The notes under the pieces are model-generated. The model was not told the DNA's origin. It did not search any database and saw nothing but the letters and a program-made list of their open reading frames with translations. From Conidiobolus incongruus B7586 (lineage: Eukaryota): 32,356 nucleotides of DNA. Where the stretch lies: positions 1 through 32,356 of the forward strand of contig JNEM01012531.1 of assembly GCA_000697335.1 (NCBI GenBank). The letters are read 5' to 3'. The number at the start of each line of letters is the position of its first letter. Within the stretch, counting starts at the first letter, position 1. The position numbers and the translations under genes are program-made. Positions 25,851 through 32,356 of the stretch are shown one piece after another.

Positions 25851-26294
25851 ATCTAAAATAACTAAAATTTAATTTTTTTGTATCCAAATATTACATAGTT
25901 TAAATTTGAATGAGGTAGTAATTCCTCTGAAATAATAATAGGTATTGGATTTAAAAGTATATTAACAATTATAAAACATCCGATAAATCAGATAATTTTA
26001 CCATTCAAACATTTTCAAATTTAAATATATAATATTATTTCAAAATGAAATATTAAAAGAAATTATATCGAATATTAGTAAAATGTATTTTTGAAAATAA
26101 TTATAAACATATTAACTTTAAAATTGAATTAATATTGAAAAAATAATTTCCTAATATTTTTTATATAATATTATATATATAACTATTAAATATTTTCATA
26201 AATAATTCAAATGAGTTAATATATGAATCACTTCAATAAATTTATTTATTATTTAAAAATCTGATGACTCAGAAAAATCAAAATACATTCTTAA

Positions 26295-26785
26295 TTAACG
26301 CTGAGTAATTTTTTGGAATTGAATGTCAATAGATAACTGATCATTTTGAGGAATATCTTCCAATAAATCTTCCATATAAGCGTTGTATTGCGAATATTTA
26401 TTTGGTTTGTAATAAACGAAACATCTAAAAGTTATTTCTTTAGGATGGCCTTGTAAAATCAATTTCATTTCCGCGACTAAATAGGTACCTTCTTTAAAAG
26501 CTATATTAGTAACCGTTGCAGGGATGGAAGAGGAGTGAATATACTGGAGTATTATTCTGAGTTAGGTCCATAATTCTTGAAAATCCAAGTTGATTTAGTT
26601 AAAGAACTTATATTAAAATTACTATAATAATTATCCACAAGGTCGTAGAGTGAATTTCTATGATCAATAGTTGTAATTATCTCATATCCGGAATGTGAAT
26701 AATAGATTGTAATACCACTAAATATACCGATATTACATTTCACCTTCTTACGAAAATGATGGTATATAATAGTATCCTTGATCAT
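26295..26785 (-). pseudogene. Frameshifted orphan coding sequence (~160 codons), function unknown
   Basis: The 77-aa track ORF continues after a frameshift near 26553 as ILQYIHSSSIPATVTNIAFKEGTYLVAEMKLILQGHPKEITFRCFVYYKPNKYSQYNAYMEDLLEDIPQNDQLSIDIQFQKITQR*. Composition is gene-like. Confidence 0.5.
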
Positions 26786-26801
26786 GGTATTTATTATCTT
26801 A

Positions 26802-28041
26802 TTACCTTAGATTAGAAGAAATAGGTAAATTTTTAAACTTCCAATTTTTCAAACTTAATATTAGTTTCAAATAATAGAATATATACACAACAAATAGGAA
26901 AATATATAGTTTTAGATTATATATATTAGCTTTTTTCATTAAAAAATTAACTTTCTAAATTTTATTGTTTAATTTAATTATGCTTAAACTAATAATGATT
27001 ATTAAAAGTATTTTATTTTAATATTAATAAACTTGATTATAATTTCTTTAAAATTATTTAAAATTTACAAATAGCTATTAATAATAAAACATTATTCAAA
27101 TTAACTATTTATCATTAAGTATATTATTATAAAAATAAGAGAAATATTATTTCAAACATTATTTTTAAATATTACTCTTTTAAATATTAATAAAGTTAAA
27201 TGATATATTAAAAATCACTTTTTTAGTTTAATTAAAAAATTATCAAAATATTTTAACATTAGTTATATAAGTGTTTTATTTATTAATTTTTAAAATTTAA
27301 TTGATAAAAATATAAAATAAATATCTTATAATTTAACTAAAGCTAAAGAGTAAAATAATTATAAATAAACAAAACTTATTAAAATATAAAGAAAAACAAA
27401 AATTTTAAATTATTATAATTGATAAAATTTAAAATCTTTTGTATAAAAACTTATTAAAACATAAATCAAGATATTAACTTAAATTAATCATCTTTATAGA
27501 TCTTTTTAAATAATATATTTAATTTATAAGGAAATTTTCATTATTATTGTAGATAGTAATATTATATGTTACTTTTATATAATTCTTAAAGGAGAATTAA
27601 TTAAATATATACTTTATATAATCTTTTAAATAAAATTATTTTTAATTAGTTTTCTTAATATAATTCAAAAAGACTTATTATTTTATATAATAATTGTAAA
27701 ATATATTAAGATAAAATTATAAAGAATTAAAAAAAGTTATTATATCTAATATATTCAAATAAATTATAACTTATGTAATTATAATTGTTTCAGATAATTA
27801 AAAAATATACTTGTAAGAAAATAACTCCTATAAACAAATTAAATTAATTTGTGAAAAATTAATCTTGGTTTTTAATAAAAAAAGCTGATTTTTAGGTGTT
27901 GGAAGCTTGCCAAAAGTATAGCAAAAAGTAATTAATATTAAAATTGAGTATTAATTATATAATATATAAATATCTCTATAGCTTATATATTAAAATATTT
28001 TTATTCTTAAAAAATTCCTATTATATAAAATTTGGAGTATA
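26802..28041 (+). mobile_element. Mariner (DD34D-type) transposon relic, ~1.24 kb
   Basis: ATG at 26980. K*ISYNLT (for KWIPHNLT, the WVPHEL motif, 27318). IIIIDKI* (for IITxDETW, ~27421). LLYLIYS...CNYNCFR*LKN (like LPHPPYS...CDYxLF, ~27740-27800). LPKV*QKVI (27907). The left terminus is shared with the copy at 1-798. The right end is approximate. Confidence 0.75.
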
Positions 28042-28339
28042 ATATAATAAATAAAATACATATTATTTTTTACAATTTATTTAGTTATTTGATATTATAA
28101 TTATATTTTGAATTTAACTTTTTTATAAAAAATTTGTTAAAGAAAAATTTCTTTATTCTTAATAAAAAAAATTTTATTAACTATTACCAAATTTCTAGGA
28201 TTATATATTTGATATATAAAATTTTTAATTATTTTACTGAAATTAGTATTAGATAATAACTTTGTTTTGATAATTTATAAATTGAAGATTCAATAATTTT
28301 GATTTTATTTACATTTATAATGAAAAATAGTATATTTTA

Positions 28340-29134
28340 AGTTGGAATATCTTTAGTTTTATTTTAATCTTCTCCTCTTGGGCATCCATCTCGAATTATA
28401 GGATTTGAATTTTCATCTATAAATTCTGTAGACACAATTCGACCAAGTACAAGGATTCATTGAAAATAATCCATAAATAATCAACAATAGCTGCTGATTT
28501 CCCTTCAATATATACATAATTATTAAAAATATTTGCGAATATTTCAAGTGAGTTCATCATTGAACCAAAATTGATTTCAGGATAAACACTATATTCTTCC
28601 AATATCCTGTTCAATAGCGATTCAAACAAAATGATATAATATGCTTTGTTTTGGTCATTGAAATAATATATACACCTATTATCAATAATAGAAACGGAGG
28701 AAGGCCAAAGCCAAGTCTCCACTCTTTCAAGTATGTTTCAATGTTGGTATGGTTGAGTTTGAGATGATTTTGGGCATATTCATTATCGAGATAGTTAATA
28801 ATGTGAAGATTATTGCAAATGAAGCAGCCACTGGGGAATTGTAGGGTGTGGACTTGAGACTGTTAGTTGTCACTAAGGTTTAGGATTTAATATGTTGGGA
28901 TATATAGTATTATTTTGAATATATAGAGTACGTTAATTCTTTAACTGGTCCTACGTCAACAATAGTGAGATTAAGAAATACAAAATATATACTTTATATT
29001 CAATATTCCTGAATCATTAATAATTTTCAATATGTATACCTAATGCTTCAAATATAATGGAGTCGAAATGAAAAAAGGACAAAAAATTTTCTCAGCATAT
29101 TCGCTAACAAGTTCATAAATTGTTACTTTTTCAT
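28340..29134 (-). pseudogene. GST pseudogene, second decayed paralog
   Basis: KVTIYELVSEYAEKIFCPFFISTPLYLKH*|gt, LTIVDVGPVKELT|gt, QVHTLQFPSGCFICNNLHIINYLDNEYAQN...DQNKAYY...PEINF...YIEGKSAAIVDY. Same intron positions as the intact GST. Frameshift after the ATG and in-frame stops. Confidence 0.85.
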
Positions 29135-29281
29135 TTATTGCGAATATACCAAAGAACTGATTTTTTCGATATTATTATTGTCTTAGTATTTAGTCAAGAG
29201 TATCTATCAAATTTGAATAATCTTTTTACAATTATATGCGATGATTGAATTAATTTATCAAATTTTAATATTGATAATTTA

Positions 29282-30085
29282 ACTCTTGTTGTGTTTTTAT
29301 ATTAAGTTTTATAAATAAAGATCGTGGTTAGAAAAGTACTCAAAATATGATTTAGTAAATTATTTATTAATCCTGCTCTTTAACGTATCGGGACTGTAGG
29401 TTTGAAAACTTACTGTTGAGGCGTTGTAGCAGAATATCCAAAAATAAAAAAAACCTTTTTCTCCATCTTTATCACTGTTGGGTTTAAATAATTGAATCAA
29501 TGAATGATATAGGGTTTGGATAAAATCTAATAAAGAAAACAAAGAGAACAAAGAGTATCCTTCAATTATAGACTGACAAAGCCAGCTTAAAATAGAAATA
29601 ATATTGGTTTAGCTATCAAACTAGAAGGAATGATGAATTTTGAAATACAACACTCTCATAAAATAATATGGACTAGTCAATATAACTATTATCTGAAAAT
29701 TTTAGTATATAATAATCTATTGTGTTGTATTTCAAAATTTATTGTCCATCCCAGTTTGATAGTTAAACTAGTATTATTTCTATTTTAAGCTGGCTTTGTT
29801 AGTTTATAATTAAAGGATACTCTGTGTTTACTTTGTTCTCTTTGTTAAACTTTAACCAAACCTCATATCCTTCATTGAATCAACTATTTAAACCCAAGAG
29901 TGATAAAGATAGAAGAGAAGTTTTTTTCTGGATATTCTGCTATAATGTCTCAATGGTAAGTTTTAGGACATACAGTCTCAATATGTTAAAGAGCAGGGTT
30001 AATAAATAATTTATTTAATCATATTATGAGTACTTTTTTAACAACAATTTTTAATTATAAAACTTATTATAAATACAACAAAAGT
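29282..30085. mobile_element. Foldback/MITE-like element: two ~360-370-bp inverted arms with a ~70-bp spacer
   Basis: 29282-29653 is the diverged reverse complement of 29722-30085. This explains the mirror ORFs 29360-29551(-) and 29824-30009(+). Confidence 0.88.
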
Positions 30086-30245
30086 ATCAAATAATATTAA
30101 ACTTATCTTTAATATGATTTTTATTCATATTTTTTTACATTTTAATAAATTTCTTATACTCTTCATATTTTATACTCTTGCAAAATATATTCAATAAGTA
30201 TTGTTACATTATAGAGAATAAAATAAATTTAATTTTATAATATAT

Positions 30246-31062
30246 TTATTCAATTAACAATTGATTCTCAAAAGATTTCAAACCCTTCAAATACCCATCG
30301 AATAACTTATCCATCTTAGTAATCCACTCGCTCACGCTTGGAGTCAAATTATCCAAAATTTTATCAAATAACTCGCGATTAAGCACCCTAATCCAATGGA
30401 AGTAGCCCATAACTATATAATCAGCATAAGCTGGTAATTCACCTTCCAAAAATTCTGATTTCTCAAAGCTTTGGACGAAAGGTTGAATATTATCGATAAG
30501 TCGTTGGAAGTTAGCCTCGGGATTGGCACCGAATTGTTCAATGGTCATCCCGAATTCAGATTCGCGTGATCTCATGTGTTTTTTGTTATCATTGTCAATG
30601 ACTCTGTAAATATCTAGGACTAAGAGTTGGAACGCTGCAAATCCAACCTGCTTATTGAAATTGGTGACGAATTTCTCGAGATCGGGATTACGTATTAAAG
30701 GGTTCTCGGGGTAGTGTCTATCTAAATACTCGGCGATTCGGGGCCTGTCATAAACGAGATCGCCATTGTCGAATTTTACAGTAGGTACAAGTTCCCATTC
30801 TTCGTTACTATAATAATTAATTAACCGATCAATTTTCTATTATAATGATATTGAACTTACGTAACTTTCTTGATGGTTGGTTTAACGTTCAAGAATGTCA
30901 AAGGTTCAGTTTCGAATTCAATATTCTAACTATATTACAATAACAATAACATAACAATAATAATATAATTACCTTATGCTTTAAAAACAAAAGAGCTGCA
31001 ATGACACATGGACTAATACTAACTCCTTTGGGTTCGTTGACCAATTCGTAGATCTTTATCAT
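30246..31062 (-). CDS. Glutathione S-transferase, LigE beta-etherase/GSTFuA-like, 3 exons, 238 aa
   Basis: Exons 31062-30973, 30925-30861 and 30807-30246 total 717 nt. Translation: MIKIYELVNEPKGVSISPCVIAALLFLKHK...LVPTVKFDNGDLVYDRPRIAEYLDRHYPENP...RSRESEFG...FLEGELPAYADYIVMGYFHWIR...WITKMDKLFDG. Confidence 0.9.
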
Positions 31063-32356
31063 ATTGAAATTTTAATAGTTTAGTACGTCATCCTTGAGTA
31101 TTTATACACGTTCTTCAAATTGTCAGATTGGAAGAATTTCAGATCATGAGGATATTTTTGATTGGAGTTAATTTAATTTTATAAAAATAATATTAAATTT
31201 CTAAAATTAGCAATTTTTTAATATTAAATCAAATAAAAATATAAAATTATATCATTGCAAAAAGCTATTATCCTTTAATTGTTTAGAATTATTGTCATAA
31301 TCCTGAATTGTCAACGGGTATCTTTACATTCACATCCAAAACTCCTTTAGAACGCACAGAGTTGAACAATTCTCTTGATACACCTACTACACATAAAGTA
31401 TTCTCTTCCCACACTCTGTTAGACCTCTCTCACTTTCACTATCATAACCTTATTCTATTCCCTATCATCTACCACTAATTTCTAAAATTCATCAACGACC
31501 ATTCGAACCGACACTTGCACAGTTAGTTTTTGCTCAAGTTGTTGAGTACTCGCCTATGTTCGCCAGAAGCTTACTTCAGATCACTATGGCCCGAATGTAC
31601 CAACGCGCCACCAATACTCTATTTCCGGATCTGCTTATTACAACAATTATATCATAACTATGTAAGTACAGATTTTAATAAAGATGAAATTAAACTATTT
31701 AACTCATTTGTAAATAGAATTATTTTATCAAATTATAATCAAATTTATTTTTGTAGGAAAATATTAATTATAATTAATATTATATACCTTTAAAATTTTT
31801 TCATTTCAATTCTTAAAAATTAAATGATTTTTAACAATTATTACAAACACAAATATATATTAATTTAGATAATTAATTAATTTCAAAAATTTAATATAAT
31901 AAATTATAATTAAAAATAATTAAAAAGATAATAAACTTAATATAACTTTAAAAAAATATTTTTACTTGTAAATTAATATTTTATTAGTGTATAAAATATT
32001 ATCAACTTATTATGTTTAGAATAATATAGTTTTATAATAATATCCAAGATAATTAAGTGATTATTTAGGACAGTGATATTCAATATATTGGATATTATAA
32101 ATTATTTTATATAATCATATCAAAATTATTGATCATTCTTACTATTTATTTTAAATATCAATAATTAATATTATATATAATTTGAGAAAATGATTTAGAA
32201 AAACTTAATATATAGTTTTAGATTATTAAATTCTATAAAATATTCCCATTATTTTACTTTTTTTAATATATAAAGTTTCTCAAATAATTTTTTCAAAATA
32301 AAATTTTAAATTTCAAATAAGAAAAACTAAAGTGATGAATTAATATATATATATAA

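Noticed and set aside
26261..26312. CTGATGA followed by a CTCAG/CTGAG stem as a hammerhead ribozyme
   Set aside because: No GAAA after the stem and no stems I or III.
29360..30009. Two similar ~62-aa ORFs as a gene pair
   Set aside because: They are mirror images within the inverted repeat, start at non-ATG codons and resemble no protein I recognise.
31655..31670. TACTTACATAG on the minus strand resembling the U1 snRNA 5' end
   Set aside because: It mismatches ATACTTACCTG and lacks the U1 loop I sequence. It may simply be the complement of a donor-like GTAAGT.
32206..32226. 20-bp exact match to the mariner 5' region at 26901-26920
   Set aside because: Too short and AT-rich to call another copy, and I could not extend the alignment.
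1..32356. CRISPR array, rRNA, tRNA or prokaryote-type systems
   Set aside because: No repeat-spacer array, cloverleaf or rRNA motif was found. The genes have spliceosomal introns.

Overview
Very AT-rich eukaryotic DNA with short GT-AG introns. I infer a fungus, probably an early-diverging lineage; the taxon cannot be confirmed from sequence alone. There are three apparently intact spliced genes: a NUDT19-like Nudix hydrolase (-), an RPD3/HDAC1-type histone deacetylase with a ~390-aa Ser/Pro-rich tail (+), and a LigE/GSTFuA-like glutathione S-transferase (-). There are also three decayed paralogs (one Nudix, two GST) and a frameshifted orphan ORF. Much of the apparently empty AT-rich DNA decodes as transposons wrecked by C->T/G->A mutation: a full-length Ty3/gypsy chromovirus with TSD, a Tc1 (DD34E) element, two copies of one mariner family plus a third mariner fragment, a probable solo LTR and a foldback element. 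The main signal is a RIP-like or methylation-deamination-like mutagenesis concentrated in repeats. Three GC-richer non-coding islands that keep their CpGs are candidate structured RNAs or young MITEs. All alignments, counts and family assignments were done by eye.
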